Source: Vicugna vicugna
Lineage: Eukaryota
Assembly: GCA_013265495.1 (NCBI GenBank)
Contig: MU058636.1
Location: 9,955,066-10,019,065 of the forward strand
DNA: 64,000 nt
Reading direction: 5' to 3'
In this document: piece after piece, positions 23,205 to 35,899 of the stretch
Layout of the letters: every line of letters begins with the position of its first letter
Position numbering within the stretch: the stretch's first letter is position 1
Made by a program: the position numbers and the translations under genes
Notes under the pieces: model-generated
The model's database searches: none
Told to the model about the DNA's origin: nothing
What the model saw: the letters and a program-made list of their open reading frames with translations, nothing else

Positions 23205-23410
23205 AAGGAAACAGGATTGAAATTAGACAGACACGGTTCAAATCCCAGCTCCGCACTCACGAGCAGCGGGCATAGCCTGATGGCTGAGCCTCCGTGCTCT
23301 CTGCAGGGAACGGAGACAAAGCCACCCCTCGGAGGGGGCAGGGATTCCACAAGACCACGTGGAGACCTCACGGTGTCAGGCACTCAGCACACAGTAGCTC
23401 TCTGCATCAT
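23205..23410 (+). mobile_element. MIR
   Basis: agacagacacggttcaaatcccagctccgcactcacgagc...ctgagcctccg...ggcactcagcacacagtagctct. Confidence 0.7.
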
Positions 23411-23974
23411 TACAGGACAAAAAGCTCCCGGCAAAAGCCCAGGAGCAAATGGGCAAAGCAGCCAGGAAGATAAAAGTGGAGAAGAGGGGAGGAAGCGTTT
23501 GGCAGACGGCAGAGCTGGAGCCGGGACCAGGGGTGGTGGAGCGGGGACAGAGGCCGCCCGCAGAGGCAGAGCGGGGCCAGCTCCAGAGAAAAGAGAACAG
23601 CTGGGTTGTCTCGGAGCCAGAGACCCCATTCCTCTCGGCACCCCGACAACCTCTCAGAATGACAGTACTGATGTTCCTGATCGCCAAACGAAGCTTCAAT
23701 AAGAGGTTAAATGATGTGCAAACAATCTATATAAGAGGTCAGAAGTTTATGGAATATCTTTTAAAACGATTTCTTACCAAATTGTTAAAATCTTTATAGA
23801 AGGCATGTAAAGGGAGATCTGTTTCTAATATCCCCCAAAATAGACTATGCAGCAGGGTTCATACTCACTGGAATCTGATAGAATGAGGCATTGCTGCTTA
23901 TATTTATGAAAGGGCCTTCCTCTTAGGTGTTCTCCTGATGTTTGCCACCTGGCTGTTGCCATATGAAATGCTGT

Positions 23975-24155
23975 TTAATCTTGGGCAAGTGGCCTAACCT
24001 CTCTGAGCCTCAATCTTTTCATCTGCAAAATAAGCATTATAGTAGAACCTACCTTGTAGATGGGTGTAAAAACTAAATGAGATGATACAGCTGAGGGGGT
24101 CAGCACGATGCCCAGCACATGGAGAGAACTCAGTGTGACCTAATATCATTATTGC
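23975..24155 (+). mobile_element. MIR
   Basis: cttgggcaagtggcctaacctctctgagcctcaatcttttcatctgcaaaataag...aaatgagatgatac. Confidence 0.85.
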
Positions 24156-24314
24156 TATTTGCATTATTATTTGATAACCACAATAGATGGAGCTGCAATG
24201 TGGCTTAAGAGCCACACAAACGTGATTTCTGGAAATGATTCAAGGAAGATAATCCTGAACATCAACTCCTTCCCCTGCCTCTCACCCTAAAGGCACCAGT
24301 TACCAAGTCCTCTT

Positions 24315-24457
24315 GTTTTTTTTATGATTTTTTTTAAAGTGGTACTGATTTTATTTATTTACTGTTTAGGATTTCGTTTTGTTTTGTTTTTTGGAGGGGT
24401 GAGGTAATTAGGTTTGTTTTTTTGGTTGGTTGTTTGAACAGAGGTACTGGGGATTCC
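24315..24457 (-). mobile_element. Camelid tRNA-derived SINE, head truncated at the B box
   Basis: gaggtaattaggtttg...agaggtactggggatt shared with the copies at 15.5 and 49.9 kb; A box missing. Confidence 0.7.
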
Positions 24458-25934
24458 TGAAACTTCCCAGAGCCGCTCCGTAACTAGTACATGGTAGGAT
24501 TTAGTTGATGGTTGTGGACCTGAACCACAGGTGTAAAGAAAATGCCTAAAGAAAAAGGCCAGGGATTAGTGTGCAATAACTGGCAAATTAGGAGGGTAAG
24601 ATTATGGTTGTTTTTTTTTTTTTCCTCAGTTTCCCAAGTAGAGGGACAAATATTTTCTCTGATTGTGATCCCTGAAAACCGTTAAGATCCAAAGGAAAGG
24701 TGCATAGATAGCACTGTTGCCAAGACACTACGCGGCAGAACATCCTTGGGTTGCTACCTGTGAGTGTTACTTGCAAAGCCCATCGCTGTTTTTGATCAGT
24801 GTGTCTTCTGGGAAAGAACAGGTGCCCAAGGTCTGACAGATCACGTGCCACCCAAGCGTACAACGTGAAAGAACAGCGACATCTGAGGTCAGAAGGAAAT
24901 TCAACCACACCCACTCGCACCAAGCGGAGGGGCATTCACGCAGGGACGCGGGCTGCCCTGCAGCCTCTGCCCACCCCCAACCAACCGTGCATCTCAGGGG
25001 TTGCGCGCCTCCTCCGCGGTAACAAGGCACTAAGGCCGCCACTCCTGGCTCACTCAAAGCAGCGGACTGCCTCGTCAGTGATTCTCCAGCCGTTTCCAAA
25101 TGTAAAATGATACTCCCGGGATTGGCTGCCAAGAAGCGGGTTTATCCTGTATCCCTTCTCACCCCCGGGTGAGGAAAGAGAGCCTCAGATTTGTGGGTCC
25201 ACTGTTGCAAGCAGTGATTTATTTGCTCTTAGCAACTGTGGCTTCAGCTTGGCTCAGGGACATCTGTAAGCCGAACATTCTCATCAAGTGCGTGTTTTAT
25301 TCAACCGCTTGCCCTCGGGGTGCTGCAGGCTTGGTTGACATCCTGCTGGAAGCTGACAGCTCACTCGACACCCTCGACCAAGAGCGCCTCAGTGTCAGCT
25401 CCTCACAGGCACACGGGGTACAGCCGTTCTACAGCTGGCTTTGGTAGCTCATCACCAGGTAACAGCCTCTCCTAAACCTCTTAGTCATCACTCTCCTCGC
25501 AGCCCCACTGCCTAAAGGAAGATGCTTTTCCTTTTCTTGAAAGCACCTTTTTCCTTTTTTTTTTTTTTACAGTTTTGTTTCCTGTTTGCAGTTTAAGAGC
25601 CAACGAGGCAGATGGATGAGGGAGGCAGCCTGGCAGAGGGAGCCAACCCATCTGAAGCTTTGTAGAACCTGCCGTGGGGAGGGGTGATGTGCAGAAGACT
25701 GTGGGCATCCTTGGCCTCAGCCAGAGAACCTGACCCCTTGGTTCCTGCGGGGAAGCCCAGATCCGAGCTACTAGGAGTCATGACTCTGAACGTGAGAGGT
25801 GCAGGAATCTTCCTGAGTTCCACTGGATCCTTTTCTCAATCCCTAGACATAAGGTGCTTCTTCAAGTTTCAACAACAAACGTGTAATACCAATCAAAAAA
25901 AAAAAAGATTATGATGATTGAGGGAGAAGGCACT

Positions 25935-26083
25935 GGAGCTGAATAGATAGACATGGATTTATAACCCAGTTACTGCTCTAACTAGCTGAGGGGTCCCGAG
26001 CAGGTCACTTGACCTCTCTGAGGTTTAGTTTTTTCATCTGAAAAAAATAATGTAAAGAATTGACAAAACTCATACAGTCTATG
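25935..26083 (+). mobile_element. MIR, 5' part (split by the L1 insertion)
   Basis: ctactagctgag...gcaggtcacttgacctctctgaggtttagtttttcatctgaaaaaaataat. Confidence 0.75.
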
Positions 26084-26096
26084 AAAAAGACTAAAT

Positions 26097-27175
26097 AAAA
26101 ACAAGATGAAAAAACAACCTACAGGCTGAGAGAAAATATCTGCAAATGAGGAGGCTGACAAGGGCTTAACTTCCAGGATATACAGATCATACAGCTCATA
26201 CAGCTCACCAACAAAAGAACAACCCAGCCAAAAATGGGCGGAAGACCTACACAGACATTTCTCCAATGAAGACATACAGATGGCCAAGAGGCACATGAAA
26301 AGATGCTCAATATCGCTAATTATCAGAGAACTGCAAATCAAACCTACAATGAGGTATCACCTCACACCAGTCAGAATGGCCATCATTCAAAAGTCCACAA
26401 ATGATAAGTGCTGGAGAGGGTATGGAGAAAAGGGACCCTCCTACACTGTTGGTGGGAATGTAGTTTGATACAGCTACTATGGAAAACAGAATGGGGATTC
26501 CTTAAAAAACTAAAAACAGACTTTCCCTATGATCCAGCAATCCCACTCCTGGGCATATATCTGGAGGGAACTCTAATTCAAAAAAAAAAAAAAAAAAGGA
26601 CTCCAATGTTCATAGCAACACTGTTTACACAGCCAAGACATGGAAGCAACCTAAATGTCCAGAAGATTGGATAAAGAAGTTGTGAGATTGATGGACTGAT
26701 TGATTTATAAAGTGGAATACTACTCAGCCATAAAAAATGAAATAATGCCAATTGCAGCAACAGGGATGAACCTGGAGATTATCGCATTAAGTGAAGTAAG
26801 TCAGACAAAGTCAAATATCATATGATATCATTTACATGTGGAATCTAACAAAAAATGCCACAAATGAATTTATCTGCAGAACAGAAATACACTCACAGAC
26901 ACAAAAAACAAACTTATGCTTATTAAAGGGAAAAGGTGGGGAGGGATAAATTAGGAGTTTGGGATTAGCAGATATAAACTACCATATACAAAATAGATAG
27001 ACAAGGTCCTGCTGCATGGCACAAGGAATTATATTCAGTAGCTTGTAATAACCTATAATGAATATATACATGTATGGCTGAATCACTATGCTGTACACCA
27101 GAAATGAACACAACATTGGGAATCAACTATACTTAAGTAAAAATAAATAAATAAAGTAGTGCTGAACAATAATGA
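26097..27175 (+). mobile_element. 5'-truncated LINE-1 (end of ORF2, 3' UTR, tail), disrupted by stops and frameshifts
   Basis: ORF 26280-26468 [47 protein letters not shown] and the following YDPAIPLLGIY are the L1 ORF2p cysteine-rich C-terminus; TSD aaaaagactaaat at 26084-26096 and 27180-27192. Confidence 0.95.
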
Positions 27176-27184
27176 AAAAAAAAA

Positions 27185-27265
27185 GACTAAATGAGATAAT
27201 TCAGGATAACTTGTGTAAACTCACAGCATAACAGCTGACGCTTAGTAAGTGCTTAGTAAATGTTA
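27185..27265 (+). mobile_element. MIR, 3' part (resumes after the L1)
   Basis: ctaaatgagataattcag...gcttagtaagtgcttagtaaatgtta. Confidence 0.75.
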
Positions 27266-30200
27266 TGTGTCCTCAGTGTTTGTTTCAAAATTATCAGTCA
27301 AGAAATGCACAAGGATGGGAGAGATGTCAGATGATTTCGGTCATCTCCCCACTTTCGGTTCATGTAAACACTTGCATGAAAAGAGCCCTCTGCCTTCCCT
27401 CCTCCCTGCCTGACTCCCACCCCAACGTGCCTGTTCTCACCCTTTCTCCCTGCGGCTCTCTGTGCCGATCCTACAGCCGGGTACACCCCTGCCCTTGATT
27501 CTTCCTTAGACAGTTCCTCAAGGGCACGGCCTCTGCTTCCCGGTGCAGGAGCCTTTTTAGTGTCTGGGACGCTGTTTCCCTCATACGAGGTCCTCCACAC
27601 TGTGCTTGCTGAGCAGAATTCTTGCCTTAACTCACAACTTGAAAAATGAACTATTGATTTCATGGGCTGAGATCTTTGAAGATGTTCAAAGTCTCAGAAC
27701 CACTTCCCAGTCAGACAAGTTCAAAGAACGAATTCATCGACTGGCTCATTCTGCTCTCAAAAGTCATTTACACTTCAGTCAGGAGAGGCCAGGAGAAGGG
27801 CTGTTCACTGGGGAGCTTTTGCCTCTTCACAAACTGTCTGATATTGGAAGAAAGAAACTTCCTGTGGTCTGCACTTCAGAACACATGAACACCAGGAGCA
27901 TAAAACTAGCCCTTCCTAGGGGTCCAGAGTGAGACCAATTCTTGCTTCCTATAGCAAGGGACTGTGTGGCATCCGAACATGGGACCATGTGCACCTCCGG
28001 GCTGTGAGGGGATGCCTGGGGCCACATCCCTGTTTGGGATACTGGTATCAAGAGGCTGAAGCATGCAGAGCTTAAGCCAACATCTCCAGGGAGGTCTTGT
28101 TCCCTGTGCTGCTCATCCTTCCAGATTCTCTCCCTTCCTTATGTAACTAGTCATAATTTACCCTCAGGTTTTTAAGGTGGATTTGGTGTTACCTGAATGT
28201 CAAGTAACATTATTCATGCCAATTAATGACGGTGCAAAATCCTAACACTTACACAAAACAAAACACAGAACAAATAAAAGTTAAGAAAATTCCGTCTACA
28301 GCATATTAATTAAGCCATGTTATGTAAAGACTTTTTGAAAGAAGCCATTTTTCTATGCTGACCTGGAATTTCAGAGCCTGTTCAGGGCTTCCTAATAGGA
28401 CCATGGTTTACTGCTCTGCTGAACCAGCCAGAAGATGGGGAGGTAAGAGAGCCAAGGGTCGGAACCCACAGAAACAGGAATGGAAAACTCCTGATGTAAA
28501 GATGGGAAAATTCTTGACCAGTTTTCCTGCGACTCACATAAAAATGATCAAGTGACAGTATAAAAATAAATGCTTGCAGATCTCATAAACAACCTAGAAG
28601 GTGGCCTCGTGGCTGCTGAGAAATCAGGCATGTGGGCAAAGCTGGGAGCCGGGGACCTGTGCAGGCGCGGGTCAGACCCTGGTGCTGGAAATAAACAACT
28701 TGCCGCAGGAACTCACCACTGGGAGAGACCTAAGTTCCCAGAAAGGGCAGCTCTGCCCCCGCCGAACAGTCCAGGCAGTTTGCTCTCAATTATCCGCCCC
28801 GTGTGTAATTTCAGGGAAACTTATTCTGCAAATTGCAGAGTTTTTGACACTTAACTCAGAAAAAAATGAGTTGTCCAACAGTGATTTCATGCCCAAGTAA
28901 ACCTGTCATCTTGACTCTTACTTAGCCTTGTCTCTCCCTACTTACAGAGAAAAAGGATCCCGACATTTTCCAAGAGAAAATAAACTCCCAAAGCTGAAAG
29001 ATTTGCGTTCTCAACTTTGCTTAGGATGCTCAGCCTCAGAGGGGGCTTTTGAATTGGCAAAGCGCTTCCCTCCCACATCCCCACTAAATCACCACCCGCT
29101 CCAAGGCTCTGACTCAGTGAATGTGCAAACCGGAGCCTCGTCTCGTAAACACAGCGCTTCCATGCCCTATGTTCTAGATTCCTTGTGAGCTCAGTGCAGC
29201 GCGCGGTCAGGGCAAATAAGGTAAGGAGACCATTCCAGTTCAACTTCTGACGCTGTTCGGTTGTTTTTGTTTTTGTTTTTGTTTTTTCTTTCTCTGTCTC
29301 TCTGCTGAAGTTTAGGTAGAGGCCAAAAGGGCTGTTTTCACTATTGTCTCAAACCAAACTGCTGACAAGTAAGAAGTATGAACACTTGGCAGAATTTCAA
29401 ACTCCAACAATAAGCCAACTGCACGAGGAGATTGTTTTGTGTTGCTTTTCTCTTGCTCTTCTTTTTCTACCTTGTGATATTTCAGAAAGCTATGGGCGCT
29501 TTCTCTGTGCCCAAGCCCAGGACTTCAGTGGCCCTCACACTCAGGCACAAGGATTTAGGACCCCTCTGCGGGGGGGGCAGTGAGCGCCCCAGGCTCTCAG
29601 GTAGACAAAGATGCAAGGGAGGAGATTTGAGCATAAACAGGTCCAGCCACAGCCACAGCCACAAGATGGGGCTGGACCTGGACGAGCTAAAAATCTTGAA
29701 ATTCCAGGAGCCCATGAGTCTCAGTTTCTCCATTTGTAAAAGGACGAGAAAACTTGAGAAAGACTTCTCAAAGGAGGGGTGATGCAAAACCGAGGTGCAG
29801 GGAGGGAGGGGTCTGGGACAATAGCCTGAAGCAGCCACCAAAACTTGGAATGCCTTTGGTGTCAACATTTTATCTTAAAATTTAATGCAAATTGTATATC
29901 CACTCCCTATTATCTTGATGGTGGTTTTAATATAAAAATGTTTCAAATGGAAGAAAACCAGAGACGCTGGCTGTGGGGGAGCACTGGCAGCCCAGGGACA
30001 CGTGCAGCAACAGATGTCCTCTGTCTGTAGCGTGAGTCCACTGCTAGCCCACCTGCTGCAGGACTTGTGATTGGAACACATTATTAAGACTGCCGTGAGA
30101 GCCAAGGGTGACTAAGAATGGCTGGGTGAGTGAGAGGCACTCAGCAGGTTTCAGAAAGGTCATCTCACTTCTCCTCTTTAGCCCCTACTTCTCTCCTGAC

Positions 30201-30559
30201 ATCTAGGATTGACAGGGTTTGCTCCCACCTGCATTCACTCATTCACACAACATCACACTGTCCTCCCACGCCTCTCTGGTCTGTGTCCACCATGATCCAG
30301 ATCTTTCCTGGTCCCCATCTTCCATCAAACCCCCTAGTTGTGTGTACCATTTCCTTTGGGCTCTGTCATCACTCAATGGAAGCTGAGTTATCTGATAAAA
30401 TAACTTCTGCTAATGTACCGAGTCTCCCAGGAAATATAGACGTTTATCAGTTTGTTTGTTTGTTTGTTTGTTTTGGAGAAGATGTGTTAGCGCAAAAAGT
30501 GATTTTTCAGTATGGAAGACCAGGGACTGGTATTTTGAGGGGGCGTGAATTGGTCACAC

Positions 30560-30915
30560 GCCTGTCAGTAACAAGCAGCAGAAAGCCAGCTGAAATGAAT
30601 TTGAACAAAAGAAGGCGTTAATTGGATTATGGGATGGGGAAGGGCAGGCGTGGAGTTGGCCTCAAGCACAGATGGAAAGGAACTTGTCAGGACCTGCATT
30701 GGCTCCCATCACAGCTCTTGCCTGTGTGTTTGCCCAGTTCTTATCAGCTTCTCCAGCTGGCAGGGGCTATGCCCCTGGCAGGGCTGAGACTAGACATCTT
30801 TATAGCTCCCACCAGGAGAAAAGGCTTCTCCTTCTTAGAGTCTCAGGGGAAGGATTCTGATTGGCTCAACTCACATCACATGCCCATCTCTGGGCCAATC
30901 ACTGTGGCCAGGTAC
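30560..30915 (-). mobile_element. Old MLT1 (J/K-like) LTR; continues at about 31580-31730
   Basis: gcagcagaaagccagctgaaat...gggaaggattctgattggctcaac...cacatgcccatctctgggccaatcactgtggccagg. Confidence 0.7.
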
Positions 30916-30919
30916 TTGG

Positions 30920-31577
30920 CCATTGTTTTCACTGTCTATTGCCACACTGGGTGGCTTAAAACAGACCACATTTATTATCTCATGGTTCTCAAGGTTGGAA
31001 GTCCAGGAGAGGTCTCACTAGACAAAAATCAAGGTGTTGGGAGGATATAGTCCTTTCTATAGGCTTGAGGGGAGAATCCAATTCCTTGCTCAGTTTGCTG
31101 GCAGAATTCATTCTTTGTGTTCATAAGACTGAGGTCCCTGTTTCCCATTTCCTTCCCCATCTGTGGGCCATTCTCAGCGTCTAGAGACCACCCACATTCC
31201 CTGGCCCACAGCCCCTTTTTCCATCTCCAAAACCAGCAATGATGGGTCAGGTCTTTCTCATGCTTCAAATTTCTCCTGCTTATTATTTTTTTCTTTTTTC
31301 TTGTTATCACATTCTCTGACCCTTCTGTTTTCCTCTTCCACTTTTAAGGACTCATGTGATTACACTGGGTCCACCTAGACAATCCAGGATAATCTCCCCA
31401 TCGTAAAGTCCACAACCTTAATTCTATTTGCAAAGACCCTTTGGCCATGTGACAGCAGGGTACATTAAATAGCATCCTCACATGTAAATGGCAATGGATA
31501 TATAAAATATATTCACTGGTTCTGACAATAAAGCATTACCATCTTTGGGGGGGGAGGTGGCATTACTGGACTATCAC
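30920..31577 (-). mobile_element. MLT1 (D/E-like) LTR nested in the older MLT1
   Basis: ggtggcttaaaacagaccacatttattatctcatggttct...cttttaaggactcatgtgattacactgggtccacctagacaatccaggataatctcccc...ctatcaca. Confidence 0.85.
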
Positions 31578-32770
31578 AGGCAGGTTTTGGTTGCATATTT
31601 ACCTGTGTCGCCAGGGCATGGGCTAGTGGTGTGACTGACAGCTCCGAGAGAACTAGAGGAAGGATGAATAAGTTCCCTAATGAAGGAAAAGACACTGTTA
31701 GCAGAGAGGGAAAAAAAAGAAGACTGTGCACTACAAGGTAGAATGAGCCTTATTGTGCATTTAAGTCCCTGCAAAAAGATGAAATTTTAATATTCCCAAT
31801 GGCAAATGCCTACAACATTTTAAATAAACAAGTGAGAGGGAAGGCAGATCAGAGACAAGAACTGATCTGTTACCAAGTCTATCCATCCCAGAGTGCTAGA
31901 ACTTTGTTGGACTTAATGATGAGAAACACAGAGGAAACAGAAACTACTCATAGGAATTTGGCCGGAAGAATCATGCTCACATATGGCAACAGAAGACAGC
32001 CAAGAAGGAGGGGGGCTGGGGTCTGGCTCAAGACTCATGTGCTCGAGTCGATCAGGAACTGGAACAGAGGAGGTTAGCCAGAGAGGCTAACTACAGCATC
32101 TGTGGGATGCAGGAGTCTGGACCGCTAGTTGGGACATACTGGCTATGGTTCAGACTCCTGTAACCAGCCACACAAGCCTGGGTAGGTTTGACCTTGAGCC
32201 AGCTTCAACTGCAGTAAAAGAAGAGACGAGGACTGTCAAGAGTGTCGATGAAGTGGCTGCTACCAGTCCCCTTCCCACACCCACGCCGCACATCCATAAT
32301 CAACCACACCACTCCTTCCCACTGAATCCCGGCCATCCTCAGAATCCTCAAGGCAGCTCTCCAAAAGCTGATCCAAGTTGTAGCATGTGTTAAACCCACC
32401 CCAGTCATTCTAGAGTTAGATAATTTCTAACGTGCTTTGACATTTAATATTCTAATATAAGAGCAACTACTTAGGACCAAAGGAGACCTAGACTCCCCAT
32501 TTCACCGGGGGACAAAGCCACCTGGTGAGAAAGGCAGAGAGAGCTAGAAGAACCTGCATGACTTAGCCCCAGCGCTCAACATCAGTTTCCATAGGAATTC
32601 AAATCAGAGATAAAATAAATCTCCTGGCTCACCCGAAGTCACGAAATGCCACCTGAGTGCTACGCTAAAGGTCAACTATAATCCTTTATGTGCAGGTAAT
32701 TGCCTTGAGATTACATGGATAAGCAATGTGGGTTTGGGGCAGGAAGAGATAGAGCAGATAAATCGGGAAA

Positions 32771-33196
32771 TGTTGCAAGTCAGTTTCCTAGACTCTCTGC
32801 AACAGAGATAAGCAAACAGGAAGTTATTAGGGTGTGATCTCCAGATTCATACCTGCGGGGGAGGGAAGGGATCAGGATTGACCGGAGGGTAAAATTGGAC
32901 TGTGGACTTTCAAAGGTCTCAGCTGATGGCACAGGTAGTTCCGGAGCTGGGCTGGCCTTTCTGAGATGTCCCCAGTTGGGACAAGGGGATCAGACCTTTA
33001 TTGGCCTCCATTGACTGGTCATCGGATTCAGGTTACCCCCCAAAAGGGGGCAGTCCTTGGGTCAAGGGGCTGTCTTCATAGAGGACAGAGTTCCCAGAGT
33101 ACCCAGAGAGGGCTGAAGGTGGAGGGCTGTCAGCCAGACGCTGAGTGAATAGTTCTTTCAATCCTGAAGGAAGAGCTGGGTGGAGCCGTATACAGA
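32771..33196. mobile_element. ERVL solo LTR, LTR33/LTR16-like
   Basis: tgttgcaagtcagtttcc...gaagttattagggtgtg...ggagctgggctggcctttc...gagggctgtcagcc...tcctgaagg; exact 5-bp flanks GGAAA at 32766-32770 and 33197-33201. Confidence 0.7.
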
Positions 33197-33493
33197 GGAA
33201 AAGCAGCAGATGAGACCTCCCACCTGATCATCTGTCTGCCTGGATTACTTCTTACTGTTTGCTGGCACTGCAGAGTCCATCCCCGGTATAGTCTGTAGCT
33301 TCTTCAGGTGTTGATCCATGGCCAGTTTTCTGGTGGTGCTCAGCAAATGAAATCACCAAGAGCAGGAGATACAGCTGGTATGGAAGTTTCATTCTGATGG
33401 ACAAACGTCATGTCATGAGTTATTTTTTGTTAATATTATAGCAAAAATATAGGTGGACAAATTTTATTATCCACATAATATATGTAAAGATGG

Positions 33494-33876
33494 TCTATTA
33501 TTCATCTGCTAGAGCTGCCATAACAAAACGCCACAGATGGGGTGATGGAAGCAACAGAAGCTCATTCTCAGTTCTGCGGGCTGGAAGTCCAGGATCAAGG
33601 TGTTGGCAGGTTAGGTTTCTCCAGAGGTCTCTCTCCTTGGCTCGCAGATGGCCACCTTCCTACTGTNNNNNNNNNNNNNNNNNNNNNNNNNNNNNNNNNN
33701 NNNNNNNNNNNNNNNNNNNNNNNNNNNNNNNNNNNNNNNNNNNNNNNNNNNNNNNNNNNNNNNNNNNNNNNNNNNNNNNNNNNNNNNNNNNNNNNNNNNN
33801 NNNNNNNNTTATAGTCATAATAGGGGTTAGGACTTCGACATGTGAATTTGAGGGGAAACACAACTCAGTCCGTACA
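33494..33876 (-). mobile_element. MLT1A/B-like solo LTR spanning an assembly gap
   Basis: gctgccataacaaaacgccacagatggggtg...ggctggaagtccaggatcaaggtgttggcagg...ggggttaggacttcgacatgtgaatttgagggg...cagtccgtaca. Confidence 0.9.
33667..33808. other. Assembly gap (142 N) inside the MLT1 LTR
   Basis: Run of N with LTR sequence on both sides. Confidence 1.
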
Positions 33877-35899
33877 TATAATTGTTTTAATACACTCTGC
33901 CCATTAGTCTATGGATGAATGAATGGTAGAATGTAAAATTTGTATATGGAGGTCATTAAAGTTTTTATTTTGAGATTTTTTTCATCTCACATGGTTTTTG
34001 CTTTATTGTAGAGATTTTATTGCTTAGATTAGAATTTGGAAAACAGAAAAATTCAAAGAAAAAAATGAAAATCACACATATCTTTACCTCCCATTTTTTA
34101 AAAAGCAATATTAACATTTGATTCTTTTTTCTCTCCTGCATATGAATTTCTTTTATGGATTGGATCATGTGCATATTGCATCTACAGCTTTTTAGTACAT
34201 ATTATCATCTGTCATTGCTCCATTTTAAAAGGAAGACAATATAACCACAACTTAATTGTCTGACATTTTATTTTGTGAACGACTTCACCCAATATTTGCA
34301 GTAAACATTTTCTTGAATGTCTTCCCACTTTTTTTGTTTATTCATACCATTTCCTTTCTCCTTTCTTGCTATCCAAATTCTCCACATCATTTTAGAACCA
34401 GTTCAAGTCCTATCTCCTTAAGTAGAGGCTGCCCTACTATTTCTTTAGACTTCCATAATGGATGTTCTTTATTATTTGCTTAGTCCCACCTTTCTTGTGA
34501 TATATCCGGAACCACTGTCACACTGTATTTTCGTTTTAAGCCTTTACTCCCCAAAGGACTGTAAACCTCTTGAGTACAAAGATGACACCTACTCCTCACC
34601 TGCGGTGGACAATTGCTCCTCGCTTGATTGGTTGGGTGGATTGATTAGTCTGCTGGCTGGTTTCCTGTTTTCTGAAAATGCAGAGTCAATCCCCAGTTGT
34701 CGGTGGAAATAACTTTGTCCCCCTCCTGATCCTTCAGAGGGCACTGGTTTGTGACATTTCCGCAGCAGGGCTAAATTGGATGCATTGTGTTCCTTTGTGT
34801 TACCCTGATTTCCCGGCTCATGCGCCTTGACAGCGGGATGGTTCTATTATGTTATGTCCTATTGTGTTTTTATAATGGCTTAATTACTGTGTGTGGGCTT
34901 CTGAGAACTGGGGAGAGGGTAAATTCCATAATTCAAACGTGTCATGGGTGACATTAATAAGCTGCCAGATTTAGTTGTGTCTCCATTGCTCAGGTTTATA
35001 TGAAATTTCAAAGTGTTGCCAAATATATGCTACAGGTAAAGAGTATATTTTGGATTCCTTTAGAGGGTGAATTAAGCTTCAGTCAAAACACGTTCCAGAA
35101 AGAGGAACTCTGATGTTCTGATGTGCCCTGTACCGCATGGCAATCCAACCCACCATGTTTTCTTCATGCAGTGGCCTGGCCAACGCCGAGAGACATCCGG
35201 AAGAAGACATTTTTCTTTGTGCCAAATCTGGCCAAGTAAAACCTTAAATTATCATCACTGAACCAAATTGATCAGTATTTAAAATGTGTACAAGACTGTG
35301 TCTGGTTCATTAGGATGCGCATAATACGTTGCTGTAAATGGCTAACAGGCCAACCTCAAATGTCATCCAACATTGGGAATGAAGGGAGGAGGAAAGAGAG
35401 TGGGAAGGGAGGAAGGAAAGGAGGAAGGAAGGCAGGGAGCCTACATGTGCACATATCCGTAATACCAGGGAAATCTGCCATTTGGTCGCCTTCTCTTTTG
35501 AAGCATTAGTAACGTTACATTTCAGGTTAAATGAACAACCGTAATAACAGGTAGAGGTTGAGAGCCTACAGTCAGCAAAGTGGTGGTGGTGGAGGGGCCT
35601 GATGTTTGGACGTTGCCGCTTTGATACAATTATTTTGATGAGAGAATATTTTGTCATGTTAAACAAAACTCAGCTATTATTTTTTTAAATGAACGGGGAA
35701 GCAAATAACCTCAGCCCTTCCAAAAGCTCCACCATCCCGTACACCACCCTTGAACTCAGACCCCCCACTGCCACTCAAAGGGATGAGGAGGTTCAGGAAG
35801 GGGACAGACTGCAGGTCTGGGCTGTGCCCTGGGGGGGCCTGGGCCAGGCTGTTAGGTTTACCCCGCGGAGACCCTAGCCTCCCTCCACAAGTGGGCTAT

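Noticed and set aside
26280-26674. ORFs with real protein similarity
   Set aside because: They are fragments of a 5'-truncated, frameshifted L1 ORF2, not a host gene or an active element.
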